64,000 bases of DNA from Bacillota bacterium (GTDB taxonomy: Bacteria > Bacillota > Dethiobacteria > DTU022 > UBA8154), in NCBI GenBank assembly GCA_012798755.1, contig JAAZMP010000037.1, positions 581 to 64,580 on the forward strand. Direction: 5' to 3'. The position numbers and the translations under genes are program-made. Positions 46,458 to 56,460 of the stretch are shown here, one piece after another (position 1 is the first letter of the stretch; each line of letters begins with the position of its first letter). The notes under the pieces are model-generated. The model did no database searches. It saw nothing but the letters and a program-made list of their open reading frames with translations, and was not told the DNA's origin.

Positions 46458-47336
46458 ATGGCAGAAACAAAGGTATCCGGGAAAACAAAGGAAATCATTA
46501 TCAGCAGCGAAAAACCTACAGTTTTGATTGGCGAACGTATTAATCCTACGGGAAGGAAAAAACTTTCGGCAGAATTACAAAAGGGTAATCTAGACATAAT
46601 TGAAAAAGAAGCGCTGGAACAAGTTAGCGCCGGTGCCGACATCATAGATGTAAACGTAGGTGCCACAGGGGTGGATGAGGTTGTCCTGTTGCCGGAAGCA
46701 ATAAGCCGCCTTATGGAAAAAATTGACGTGCCTCTTTGTTTGGACAGCAGTAATCCCAAAGCGTTGGCAAAAGCCCTGGAAATTTACCAAGGTAAGGCAC
46801 TAGTGAATTCTGTTAAAGGTGAAGAGAGCTCACTAAAGACTATTTTGCCTTTAATAAAGGAGTATAATGCCGCTGTTATTGCTTTGCCTGTTGATGAAGC
46901 AGGCATACCTTTTACAGTTGAAAAGCGCTTGGAAATTTCCGCTAAAATATTAAATGCAGCAGAGTTGTTAGGTATTTCCAAAGAAAACATTATTATAGAT
47001 TGCCTGGCACTGACACTGGGGACAAACGATCAAGCCGGGAAAATTGTTTTAGCAACCATAGAAAATATAAAAGAAAAATTGGATGTAAACATAACAGTTG
47101 GGGCAAGCAACATTTCATTTGGATTGCCTGATAGGAATCTGATTAACAATGTGTTTTTGGCCGCTGCAATTTCTAAAGGTCTTACCTGCCCGATAGTCGA
47201 TGTTGCCGCGGTTATTCAGTCAGTGCTTGCCATTGATTTGGTGCTCGGCAAAGATAGGTTTGCCTTGCGTTATGTTAAAAATTATCGCCGGAAAAAAGCT
47301 GAAGGCGGAGGGGGCTGCATTAAGAGTTTAACATAA
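46458..47336 (+). CDS. Pterin-binding methyltransferase (methylcorrinoid:tetrahydrofolate methyltransferase, MT-II; MtrH/AcsE-like)
   Basis: DHPS-like pterin-binding barrel blocks (IGERINPTG, IIDVN, LCLDSSNPKALA, VNSV). Confidence 0.8.
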   Translation: MAETKVSGKTKEIIISSEKPTVLIGERINPTGRKKLSAELQKGNLDIIEKEALEQVSAGADIIDVNVGATGVDEVVLLPEAISRLMEKIDVPLCLDSSNPKALAKALEIYQGKALVNSVKGEESSLKTILPLIKEYNAAVIALPVDEAGIPFTVEKRLEISAKILNAAELLGISKENIIIDCLALTLGTNDQAGKIVLATIENIKEKLDVNITVGASNISFGLPDRNLINNVFLAAAISKGLTCPIVDVAAVIQSVLAIDLVLGKDRFALRYVKNYRRKKAEGGGGCIKSLT

Positions 47337-47486
47337 ATGGTGTTTTTTTGCAGGCGCTTTCGGAATATGTTGAATCGGGCAGCCTAACCGGATTTCAAGA
47401 TCGCTTTTCCCGCACTTGTTTTTTTAAATTTGTATACACATTATTTCAATCTCATAAATATAATACCCTAAAAGGGGGTTGTAAAA

Positions 47487-49268
47487 ATGAGTATACAAAA
47501 TGATATAGATGCTGCTTTACCGGGGGGAGTTGTCAATATTGTCCCGGGAACCTACAACGAACAGCTGATTATAGATAAACCGTTAACTTTATCCGGGCCG
47601 GTTCCATCAGCCGGCGAAGCCATTGTTGATGCTGCCGGCCTGTTAGCGGGAGAGCCGACCATTCATATCCTTTCCAGCGATGTGATCGTGGAAAACCTTA
47701 CAGTGCAAAATGGTCCCGGGGAGGGGATTCGGGCCGGAAGCATTGCTTTTCCCGGTTTAACAAATATCACTATCCGAAATAATATCATCAAAGACCATGA
47801 CAATGCCGGTATCTTGACAGTAAATGATGCCTCTATGCTAATTGAGGACAATACTGTTGTTGATAACGGAAAAGCAGTGGGGTTCCAACGGGTAGGTGTT
47901 TTTTTGTATCCCCATGGCGAAACCCAAGTTTTACGGAATATCATAAAGAATAATTATGGGGATGGTATATTTGCCCGGGAAAGTAGCTCCGGGTTGCTAA
48001 TCGAAGAAAATATAATTGAAAATCATAATTTCAGTGGTATTACCTTAGCCTGGGATGAAATAAACGTAACTATACGCAATAACGAAATATCTGCTTGTGG
48101 CCAGGGAATTAATGACGAACAGGGAGGAATCGTAATTATCCAATCCATGGCCGAAATTATTACCGGAAACACTATCCAAAATTGTAACCCTTTTGGCATC
48201 CACTGGGGGTGGACACCATCTTTTGGGCCCGCGCCTGCTCAGATTTTGATTTCCGGAAACACGATTGTTAATTCCGTTCTGGATGGCATATTTCTTTTTT
48301 CACAAGGGCCGGGTGGTTTTATTTCCCCGGATCCCTTTCCTTTAGAACCGGATATTTTGGGTAATCAATTGATGAATAATGGTAGGGTCGGTATTAATGT
48401 AAGCAATTTTTATTACTATTCTCCGGGCAATGCCAACCCCAAAATTCACTTTAACAGCATAACAGGAAATGTCGAATTCGGTGTTTTTAATGGTACCACG
48501 GAGGAAGTTGATGCTACAAATAACTGGTGGGGTAGTTCCAGCGGGCCGTTTCATCCGGCATTAAACCCGCAAGGAACAGGAGATCCCGTGAGCAACAATG
48601 TACTGTTTTCTCCTTGGAAAACCGTTCCTCCTTTGCAAGAAATGGACTGTTTGGTAATGGAAAAAATATTTGATCAGTGTTTCCAGGAAAACATCATAGT
48701 AAGAAGTTTTGCAATCCCTGTAAGCTCCGCCGGGTCCTGCGGGAACATAGATTTAACCCGTGTAGATCGCGTAGAATGTGCAATCATTGCTGCAAAATGC
48801 AAGGTGGCCGATGTCGGCCCTCCTGCAAATAACAATTTGCGCATTGTTACTGTAAGATATGAATTAGACATGCAAATCAGCCTAATTGCGGAAAGGGTTG
48901 GCCCGCCTGAGGTGCTATGTTCTTTTGAAACAACGGTAGAGGATTTCTATAGCCAAGTGCAGCTGTATATTCCCCCTCCGGGTGTTCATTTTGGTCCCGC
49001 GGGAGGTCCGTTTCTTTTTTGTGAAATTGTTAGTTCAAGCTGTTTCTGCAGTCCGGAAACCCTTCTTCCCGGTGAACCGATCACAAATGTCTTTTGTACA
49101 GCTAAAATATGCACGATTGTGGAGGCCACTGCTTTTGTAAAAGTACTTGTTCCGCACCTGGGCATCTGTACTTTCGGGCCTTGTGAGACCGTTCCCCAGC
49201 AAAAGGAAATCGCATGTCCACCGATTGGCGAACTTTTTCCCCCTCAAAATGATCCAAATGATCCCTAA
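47487..49268 (+). CDS. Right-handed parallel beta-helix repeat protein (NosD/pectate-lyase-like) with a Cys-rich C-terminal region; no signal peptide
   Basis: Many ~22-aa PbH1-like repeats (NITIRNNIIKDH, IEDNTVVDN, IRNNEISAC, ISGNTIVNS). The C-terminal 200 aa contain more than 14 Cys. Confidence 0.7.
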   Translation: MSIQNDIDAALPGGVVNIVPGTYNEQLIIDKPLTLSGPVPSAGEAIVDAAGLLAGEPTIHILSSDVIVENLTVQNGPGEGIRAGSIAFPGLTNITIRNNIIKDHDNAGILTVNDASMLIEDNTVVDNGKAVGFQRVGVFLYPHGETQVLRNIIKNNYGDGIFARESSSGLLIEENIIENHNFSGITLAWDEINVTIRNNEISACGQGINDEQGGIVIIQSMAEIITGNTIQNCNPFGIHWGWTPSFGPAPAQILISGNTIVNSVLDGIFLFSQGPGGFISPDPFPLEPDILGNQLMNNGRVGINVSNFYYYSPGNANPKIHFNSITGNVEFGVFNGTTEEVDATNNWWGSSSGPFHPALNPQGTGDPVSNNVLFSPWKTVPPLQEMDCLVMEKIFDQCFQENIIVRSFAIPVSSAGSCGNIDLTRVDRVECAIIAAKCKVADVGPPANNNLRIVTVRYELDMQISLIAERVGPPEVLCSFETTVEDFYSQVQLYIPPPGVHFGPAGGPFLFCEIVSSSCFCSPETLLPGEPITNVFCTAKICTIVEATAFVKVLVPHLGICTFGPCETVPQQKEIACPPIGELFPPQNDPNDP

Positions 49269-49475
49269 AAGATTCCTGTAAGACATAACACATTGCTTTT
49301 GCCGATCGTTTAAAACACTTTTAGGGGGTTTGTGTTTGTTTCCCTTGGGAAATTATATTTTAGGTTTGCTTGCTTCTCCAAAAAATACATCTGACATGTT
49401 GCCTTTTCTGCATATATAATAGAAATGTAAGCATTGTTTTGCAAGTACTTCATTTAGAAAACCGGGGGAAGCGAT

Positions 49476-50855
49476 TTGAAAACTTTTGTTATGTTGATCC
49501 TTTGCTCTTTTTGGGCAGGTATTGCGATCAGCTATATACCGTTTTACCGCCAGTCAAATCATCGTATGCAGGCCGATTTTCTCAAAGGTGCGCTTGTGGC
49601 TTTGGCGGCGCTGTTGTTGGTGGGTACGCCGATGGCCCTGGTGGCAGCCGGTAGTGGGCTGCTGTTTGCAACCCGCTGCTTTCCTTTTCCACGGGATCGT
49701 GAAATAAAAATATACGGGATGGCGGCAGGCCTGCTTCTGTTTATGGTCCCGGATCTTTTTTTGCTGGCCTTATTGTGGTGCCTGATTTTAGGTCTTCTAC
49801 TGCGTGATTTTTCTGAACAGTACCTGGCTTCATTTTTTCTTATCCTCCCTTTATTGATGTTTTTGGCGGACAAAAGCGATGTCTATATCCTTTTTAGCGT
49901 AGCGCTTTTTGTCGTTGTCCTTATGGACAATTTTGTGCAATTGGAAACCGGAGCCCGTACATTCATGTTTTCAGGTAAGGCAGTTACGGGAACCTTAACG
50001 GGCAAAAATACCGCAAGACATGCTTTTGTAGCCAGTGAATTGAAAAACGGCAATTATGCCGGCATCAATTTTGAAACCCGCTCCGAAACGGGCATTTTAT
50101 CCCCAATTTGGTCCAGGCGCCTGCGCCGTTCAACTTATGTGCTGGTTATACTGTTATTGGTCTTTGCCTTCTTTTTAAACCGCTATGTTTATAAGGGCTT
50201 CGGCATGCAGGTGGAGCTATTTCGCAAAGGCCCACCGGATGCGGATGTTGTGGCCATAACCTTCGATGATGGCCCGGATCCTCGTTTTACCCCGGCTATC
50301 CTCAAGATTTTGCAAGAAGAAGATGTTAAAGCCACTTTTTTTATGGTGGGCAAACATGCCGAAAAATATCCGGATCTGGCGCGCCAGGTGGCAGCAGCCG
50401 GGCATGAAATCGGCAATCATACCTATGCCCATACAAACCTACTGCGTGCTCCTCGGTGGCGTATTGCGGCGGAAATTAAGCGTGGTGAAGAGGCTATCTA
50501 CGAGGCTACCGGCCTGCGTCCGTCCCTGTTTCGTCCCCCCCGGGGTCTTTATGAAGCCAAGTTAATGGAAGAAACAAAGGAAAGGGGTTATACAGTGGTC
50601 TTATGGTCACTGTCTTCCAATGACTGGCTGGAAATGCGCCCGGTAGATATTTCACGGACAATTTTGCAAAATATTACCCCCGGGGATATTCTCCTTTTTC
50701 ATGACAGCGGCGATATAATCCGCTCCGAAGGAGGAGAGCGTCTGCCTACGGTTCGTTCCCTGAAAACGGTTATCGCAGGCTTGAAAAAGCAAGGCTATGA
50801 TTTTGTTACTGTTACCGAACTGCTCATTCTTTCCGGGCTTAGCGGGGATCTGTAG
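49476..50855 (+). CDS. Membrane-anchored polysaccharide deacetylase (NodB homology domain)
   Basis: A ~230-aa polytopic N-terminal region, then TFDDGPDP, HEIGNHTYAH and LFRPP deacetylase motifs. TTG start. Confidence 0.8.
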   Translation: MKTFVMLILCSFWAGIAISYIPFYRQSNHRMQADFLKGALVALAALLLVGTPMALVAAGSGLLFATRCFPFPRDREIKIYGMAAGLLLFMVPDLFLLALLWCLILGLLLRDFSEQYLASFFLILPLLMFLADKSDVYILFSVALFVVVLMDNFVQLETGARTFMFSGKAVTGTLTGKNTARHAFVASELKNGNYAGINFETRSETGILSPIWSRRLRRSTYVLVILLLVFAFFLNRYVYKGFGMQVELFRKGPPDADVVAITFDDGPDPRFTPAILKILQEEDVKATFFMVGKHAEKYPDLARQVAAAGHEIGNHTYAHTNLLRAPRWRIAAEIKRGEEAIYEATGLRPSLFRPPRGLYEAKLMEETKERGYTVVLWSLSSNDWLEMRPVDISRTILQNITPGDILLFHDSGDIIRSEGGERLPTVRSLKTVIAGLKKQGYDFVTVTELLILSGLSGDL

Positions 50856-50910
50856 TTTAACATCCCAGCTAAAATTATGTTATAATGCACGGAAGGAGGG
50901 GTGATTATTT

Positions 50911-53070
50911 TTGGAGGATATGCCAATTATTAAGGGGTTAAACGAAGCCCAACTTGAAGCCGTAACCAATACCGAAGGCCCGCTTTTAATTATTGCCGGC
51001 GCCGGTTCGGGAAAAACAAGAGTTCTTACTCATAGAATTGCCTACTTGCTGGAAATAAAAAAGATCCCGCCCTGGCAGGTGCTGGCTATTACCTTTACGA
51101 ATAAGGCTGCCAACGAAATGAAAGAGCGGCTGCAAAATCTTGTTGGCCCTGCGGCAGATGACATGTGGGTCAGTACTTTTCACTCCGCTTGCGTACGTAT
51201 TTTGCGAAGCCACGCGGAAAAAATCGGCTTTAACAGCAATTTTGTCATATACGATATGGCAGATAAAGAAACCTTGATCAAACAATGTTTGCAATTGCAG
51301 GATCTGGATCCCAAACGGTTTTCTCCCAAAGCAATCGGGGCCGCCATCAGCAATGCCAAAAATGAATTAAAAGATGCCCGGAAATTTTCCAAGGAAGCAA
51401 ACAATTATTTTATGGATGTTGTTTCCGGCATTTATACAATGCTTGAAGAAAAAATGGCGGCAAATAACGCTTTTGATTTCGATGATCTTTTAATGAAGAC
51501 GGTGGAGCTGTTTCAATCAGATAAGGAAGTGCTCCGGTTTTATCAAAACAGATTTACCAATATTTTGGTTGACGAATACCAAGATACAAACCATGCCCAG
51601 TATATTTTGGTCAACCTTTTAGCGAAAAAACATCGCCATCTATGTGTGGTGGGCGATCCGGATCAGTCCATATATCGCTGGCGCGGAGCCGATATCAAAA
51701 ATATTTTGAATTTCGAAAGGGATTATCCGGAAGCAAAAGTGATAAAGCTGGAACAAAACTACCGTTCTACCGCCAGTATTTTGCATGCGGCCAATGCAGT
51801 TATTGAATACAATCCCGGGCGAAAGAAAAAGAATCTTTGGACGGACAACCCTTCCGGGGAAAAAGTTTGTTTGATTCATGCCGAAAACGAACGTGATGAG
51901 GCCGCGCGGATCATATCAGAAATTATTACCTTAAAGTCTTCCGGAAATATTCTTTACGGCGATATGGCCGTGTTATACAGAGCGCATGCTCAATCAAGGG
52001 CCTTGGAGGAAGAATTGGTCAGGAATAACATCAGCTATCAGATATTTGGTGGAACCAAATTCTACGACAGAAAAGAGATCAAGGATATTTTGGCTTATCT
52101 TAAAATTCTGGTAAATAAGGATGATGATATAGGTTTTGCACGCATCATCAACGTTCCTAAAAGAGGTATTGGTGCTGTAAGCCAGGCTAGGATTGAAAGT
52201 TTTGCACTGGAAAAGGGAATATCCCTTTATGATGTTTTACCTTATGTTCATGAAGTGCCCGGCCTTACGGGCAGGGCTCTGAAACAGTTACAGCGTTTTA
52301 GGGAACTGCTGGAAAAGTTCCAGGAAGAGCGGCTGGTTTCTTCCGTGACAGAGATAACTTCATCTGTTTTGCATGAGACCGGCTACCTGGATGCTTTGAT
52401 ACGGGATAATACTGTAGAGGCGGAAACAAGACGCGACAATCTAAGGGAATTTTTAAATGTTACCACAAGCTATGATCAAAATAACCCTGCGGGATCACTG
52501 GAAGACTTTTTGGCGGAAATTTCCCTGGTTACAGATATCGACAACTATGTTGATGAGGCGGACAAGTTGGTATTAATGACGCTTCATACGGCAAAAGGCT
52601 TGGAGTTTCCCGTGGTTTTTATTATGGGGATGGAGGAGGGAACCTTTCCCCATTTTCGTTCGTTAGAAAATGAATATGAAATGGAGGAAGAACGCAGGCT
52701 TTGCTATGTTGGCATGACCAGGGCAGAAAAAAAACTGTATCTGTCTTTGGCCGGAAGAAGACTTATTTATGGCATTACACATTCTAAGGTACCTTCGCGT
52801 TTTCTGGATGAAATCCCTAGGGAATACCTTGAATATATGGACCGTAAAAAAGAACCGGCGAAAGTTAATTATTTTACAAGCGGGCCTTTTCCACAGAAGC
52901 CCGTAAATACCTATAGGTTGGGTGACAAAGTATTCCATAAAAAATTTGGCGAAGGGGTAGTTATAGAAACCAAGCCCGATGATACTGAAATTAAGGTAGC
53001 TTTCCCCGGGCAGGGTATTAAAAATTTAGACATTTGTTTTGCCCCACTTAAGGTGTTACCGGAAGAATAA
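50911..53070 (+). CDS. pcrA: ATP-dependent DNA helicase PcrA (UvrD family)
   Basis: Walker A AGAGSGKTRVLTHRIAYL plus helicase motifs I-VI. Confidence 0.9.
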   Translation: MEDMPIIKGLNEAQLEAVTNTEGPLLIIAGAGSGKTRVLTHRIAYLLEIKKIPPWQVLAITFTNKAANEMKERLQNLVGPAADDMWVSTFHSACVRILRSHAEKIGFNSNFVIYDMADKETLIKQCLQLQDLDPKRFSPKAIGAAISNAKNELKDARKFSKEANNYFMDVVSGIYTMLEEKMAANNAFDFDDLLMKTVELFQSDKEVLRFYQNRFTNILVDEYQDTNHAQYILVNLLAKKHRHLCVVGDPDQSIYRWRGADIKNILNFERDYPEAKVIKLEQNYRSTASILHAANAVIEYNPGRKKKNLWTDNPSGEKVCLIHAENERDEAARIISEIITLKSSGNILYGDMAVLYRAHAQSRALEEELVRNNISYQIFGGTKFYDRKEIKDILAYLKILVNKDDDIGFARIINVPKRGIGAVSQARIESFALEKGISLYDVLPYVHEVPGLTGRALKQLQRFRELLEKFQEERLVSSVTEITSSVLHETGYLDALIRDNTVEAETRRDNLREFLNVTTSYDQNNPAGSLEDFLAEISLVTDIDNYVDEADKLVLMTLHTAKGLEFPVVFIMGMEEGTFPHFRSLENEYEMEEERRLCYVGMTRAEKKLYLSLAGRRLIYGITHSKVPSRFLDEIPREYLEYMDRKKEPAKVNYFTSGPFPQKPVNTYRLGDKVFHKKFGEGVVIETKPDDTEIKVAFPGQGIKNLDICFAPLKVLPEE

Positions 53071-53227
53071 GATTTTGGCTATACAGCAATATATTTATTG
53101 TATCAATTTGTCAAACTAACCAATTTTATTTAAAATAAGGGCTTTTTCAACGATTATTGCAGGAATTACCTTTTTAATGTCGAAATAAAATTATAAGGCA
53201 CATACAATGTAAAAGGGGCGATAAACG

Positions 53228-53464
53228 TTGAAGACCCGGAATGTACTCGGCAGCCGCATCAGAGCACTAAGAAGGTTGAAAAGAGTAACCCAGCAGCAGC
53301 TTGCGGATAAACTAGACCTTTCTGCCAGCCAGCTAAGCAATATAGAAAGAGGTGTAAAAGAGGCAAGGCCGGAACTTTTAGAAAAAATAGCCGCCATATT
53401 GGATATACCCAGAGAAGAGTTGTTTTTGATTTCTGAAAAGACTAGGGAATATTCCTTATTTTAG
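53228..53464 (+). CDS. XRE-family HTH transcriptional regulator
   Basis: VTQQQLADKLDLSASQLSNIERG is a Cro/C1-type HTH. TTG start. Confidence 0.8.
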   Translation: MKTRNVLGSRIRALRRLKRVTQQQLADKLDLSASQLSNIERGVKEARPELLEKIAAILDIPREELFLISEKTREYSLF

Positions 53465-53649
53465 GCACGGATGAACGTTCATTTATAATCGTTTAGACAT
53501 AAATGGAACCTTGGAAAATGATTTGCCATTCATGATTTTTCGCTAACATTACATTGAGGATGATGATCCGGAAAACCGGTGCACAGCCAAACTATGTGTT
53601 GTTAACCGGTAACAATTCCAATTAAAAACTTTTCTACTACGTACCCTGG

Positions 53650-53678
53650 ACTATCGGTGGGACTGCCGATAGTTTTTT
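53650..53678 (+). terminator. Intrinsic terminator (ACTATCGG-8 nt-CCGATAGT-TTTTTTATTT)
   Basis: 8-bp stem plus a U-tract, about 190 nt downstream of the XRE stop. Confidence 0.55.
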
Positions 53679-53774
53679 ATTTGCAAAAATAATTTGTTTT
53701 TTGGACGGTTTTTTGTTAAAATACACTTGTATACAATTTTGTGCACAGATCTTTGCCGGCGAAGGAGTGAAATT

Positions 53775-54308
53775 TTGGCAGAAAAACTGATCCGTATCGG
53801 CGAAAAAATCATCAGTTTGCGTAAAGTGCGGGAAAACATTCGTAAAATTTTAAAGCTGCGCTCAAACGGTTTGTCGCAACAAGAAGTTGCCAATGAGTTA
53901 AACCTTGATCGCACTTTTATTTCCCGTTTGGAAAGCATAGGAGAGGTGCGAAAAGGGAAAAAAATAGCTGTCTTTGGTTTTCCTTTGCAAAATAAAGAAG
54001 AGATAGCAAAAATTGCCCGGGCAAAGGGAGTGGATTATGTCTGGTTGATGAATGAAAAAGAAAGATGGCAGCTGGTGAAGGGGAAAAGCGCTTTAAGTTT
54101 TTTTAATGAAATAATGGAGCTTGTCAGTGCGCTGCAGGATTATGATATTGTTATCATCATCTCTTCGCCAAGGTGGCTGAAGGTTGCCAAAGCTTTGTTG
54201 ACCAATGAAATTATTTTTATAGAATTAGGCACTTCACCGATAACAGAGGATCGTATTTTGGATATTCAAGTCTTTGAAGACATTTTGAATACTGTTCTTT
54301 TAAAGTAA
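53775..54308 (+). CDS. HTH-containing protein with an uncharacterised C-terminal domain (first gene of a putative three-gene operon)
   Basis: TTG start after GAAGGAG; LSQQEVANELNLDRTFISRLE is an HTH; ~110-aa C-terminal domain of unknown family. Confidence 0.55.
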   Translation: MAEKLIRIGEKIISLRKVRENIRKILKLRSNGLSQQEVANELNLDRTFISRLESIGEVRKGKKIAVFGFPLQNKEEIAKIARAKGVDYVWLMNEKERWQLVKGKSALSFFNEIMELVSALQDYDIVIIISSPRWLKVAKALLTNEIIFIELGTSPITEDRILDIQVFEDILNTVLLK

Positions 54309-54342
54309 ATTACGCGTGCGGAAAAAAAGGGGGCTCTGGAAA

Positions 54343-55239
54343 ATGAAGCAAGTGGTAAGTATCAGTTTAGGTTCTTCAGAGAGAAATCATGCCGCAGAGG
54401 TTGAACTGCTGGGGCAATCTTTTTCGGTAAGACGGGTTGGTACCGATGGTGACTTAGGAAAAATGATTAGCTTTATCAGGGAAAATGATGGGAAGGTGGA
54501 TGCTTTTGGGCTGGGGGGCATAGATCTGTATATCCAGGCTGTTGATCGACGTTACACCCTGCGGGATGCCGAAAAAGTGGCGAATGCTGCCCGAATATCG
54601 CCTGTAGTGGATGGTTCGGGCTTGAAAAATACCTTGGAAAAGCGTGTTATAGAATATCTGGCCAGCGAAACGGATATTTTTTCAGAAAGAAAGAAAGCTC
54701 TTGTTGTATGCGCCATGGATCGTTTTGGTTTGGCTCAAAGCCTGGAAGCAGCTGGTTGCGATATGCGTTTCGGGGATCTGGTTTTTATTTTGAACCTGCC
54801 CATACCTTTAAGATCATTGCGCTCCTTGGCTATGGTTGCCCGTGTGGCCGTACCTATCATTCGTTTGCTGCCCTTTACAATGATATATCCTACCGGGGAA
54901 AAGCAGAAGTCCAACAAGCCGCGTTATCCCAAGTATTTTCTTGACGCAGATATTATTGCCGGTGATTTCCATTTTATAAAGCGCTATATGCCGCCGGAGT
55001 TGCCCGGTAAAATTATTATTACCAATACTGTAACCTTGGATGATCTGGAAATGTTGCGCCAAAAAGGAGTACACATGCTGATCACTACCACGCCGGAAAT
55101 TGAAGGGCGTTCTTTTGGAACGAATGTCATGGAAGCTTTGTTAGTGGCCTTAACCGGAAGCAAAAATGAATTGGGGCCGGAGGAATATCAACTTTTGCTG
55201 GAAGATTTGCGGTTCAAGCCGCGTATAGTAGAATTGTAG
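54343..55239 (+). CDS. Conserved hypothetical protein (~299 aa)
   Basis: ATG after AAAGGGGG. No recognisable catalytic motif. Co-oriented and tightly spaced with its flanking genes. Confidence 0.55.
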   Translation: MKQVVSISLGSSERNHAAEVELLGQSFSVRRVGTDGDLGKMISFIRENDGKVDAFGLGGIDLYIQAVDRRYTLRDAEKVANAARISPVVDGSGLKNTLEKRVIEYLASETDIFSERKKALVVCAMDRFGLAQSLEAAGCDMRFGDLVFILNLPIPLRSLRSLAMVARVAVPIIRLLPFTMIYPTGEKQKSNKPRYPKYFLDADIIAGDFHFIKRYMPPELPGKIIITNTVTLDDLEMLRQKGVHMLITTTPEIEGRSFGTNVMEALLVALTGSKNELGPEEYQLLLEDLRFKPRIVEL

Positions 55240-55293
55240 ACTAAAACTTGTACAAGGGGGGTAACGGTATATTTTTTATACCGGAAAAATCCT

Positions 55294-56385
55294 ATGAAGG
55301 AAATAGAATTTGCTTTTATTGTACACCCGCTTAATACCAGTGATATTTTACAGAAATTCAGATTTATGAAAAGTTTACCCGAATCCTGGGCAAAAATGAT
55401 TGTCCGGGCCTTTCCTCCGGCAATAATATCGCGAATTTCAGGTGTATCTTCCCCCTATGGCAACATAAATGGTTGTTTTGTCGGCGTTTTTCTTACTTCC
55501 CAGCAGATGCTGGAACTTCCCCTTAAGATTGCTCTGCATAAAATTATCGCAGCCGGCAAAAAAGCAGCCAGGGCCGGAGCAAAAATTGTAGGGTTGGGTG
55601 CGATGGCAGCTGTTATAGGGGATGCCGGAATAACGGTAGCACGCAACCTTGATATTGCTGTAACTACCGGAAACAGCTATACAGTTGCCACTGCCCTGGA
55701 AGGAACTAAAAAAGCAGCCCATCTTATGGATATAGATATCAGAAAAGCGGAGGTGGCTGTTCTTGGCGCTACGGGTTCGATTGGGGCCGTGTGTGCCCGC
55801 ATTTTGGCCCGGGAGGTAAACTTTCTTACAATGATAGCGCGCAATGTGCCACGACTGGAAAGGCTTGCCGAAGAAATCCTTGCGGAAACGGGCCTGGCTG
55901 TTAAAGTTACCTCTAATGTAAAAGAAGCTATAAAAAAAGCGGATATTATCATGGCTGTATCCGGTTCCGCGGAAAGCCTGATCGATCCGGAGGATCTCAA
56001 ACCGGGGGCCATAATATGCGACGTGGCCAGGCCCCGGGATGTTTCACTGGAAGTAGCTGAAAAAAGAGATGATGTATTGGTCATAGAAGGAGGTCTGGTC
56101 GAAATTCCCGGAGACGCAGCACTTAACCTTGGTTTTGGTTTTCCCCCTAAAACAGCCTATGCCTGTATGGCGGAAACGATGATTTTGGCTTTAGAAAAAA
56201 GGTATGAAAATTTTACACTGGGGCGAAAGTTGGATGTCATGCAAGTTGACGAAATCAACGCTATGGCAGCCAAACATGGATTTAAACTAAGCAGCCTTCG
56301 CAGTTTTGAACGTCCCTTAAACCCCGAAGCTATTGAAAAAATCAAAGAAAAAGCCCGTTTAAATAAGCAAAAACACAATTTCTAA
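55294..56385 (+). CDS. COG5322-family NAD(P)-binding oxidoreductase (cyanobacterial acyl-ACP-reductase-like / 'predicted amino-acid dehydrogenase')
   Basis: VAVLGATGSIGAVCARIL matches AAR VAVVGATGDIGSAVCRWL; TTGNSYTV matches TTGNTHTA; the C-terminal HGFK block is also shared. Confidence 0.65.
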   Translation: MKEIEFAFIVHPLNTSDILQKFRFMKSLPESWAKMIVRAFPPAIISRISGVSSPYGNINGCFVGVFLTSQQMLELPLKIALHKIIAAGKKAARAGAKIVGLGAMAAVIGDAGITVARNLDIAVTTGNSYTVATALEGTKKAAHLMDIDIRKAEVAVLGATGSIGAVCARILAREVNFLTMIARNVPRLERLAEEILAETGLAVKVTSNVKEAIKKADIIMAVSGSAESLIDPEDLKPGAIICDVARPRDVSLEVAEKRDDVLVIEGGLVEIPGDAALNLGFGFPPKTAYACMAETMILALEKRYENFTLGRKLDVMQVDEINAMAAKHGFKLSSLRSFERPLNPEAIEKIKEKARLNKQKHNF

Positions 56386-56460
56386 AATATTGTCTGAAAA
56401 ACCAAGAAAACAAGAGAAAAAGATTGTTTGAAGAACCGTGGGGAGAGTTGTATATATTAT

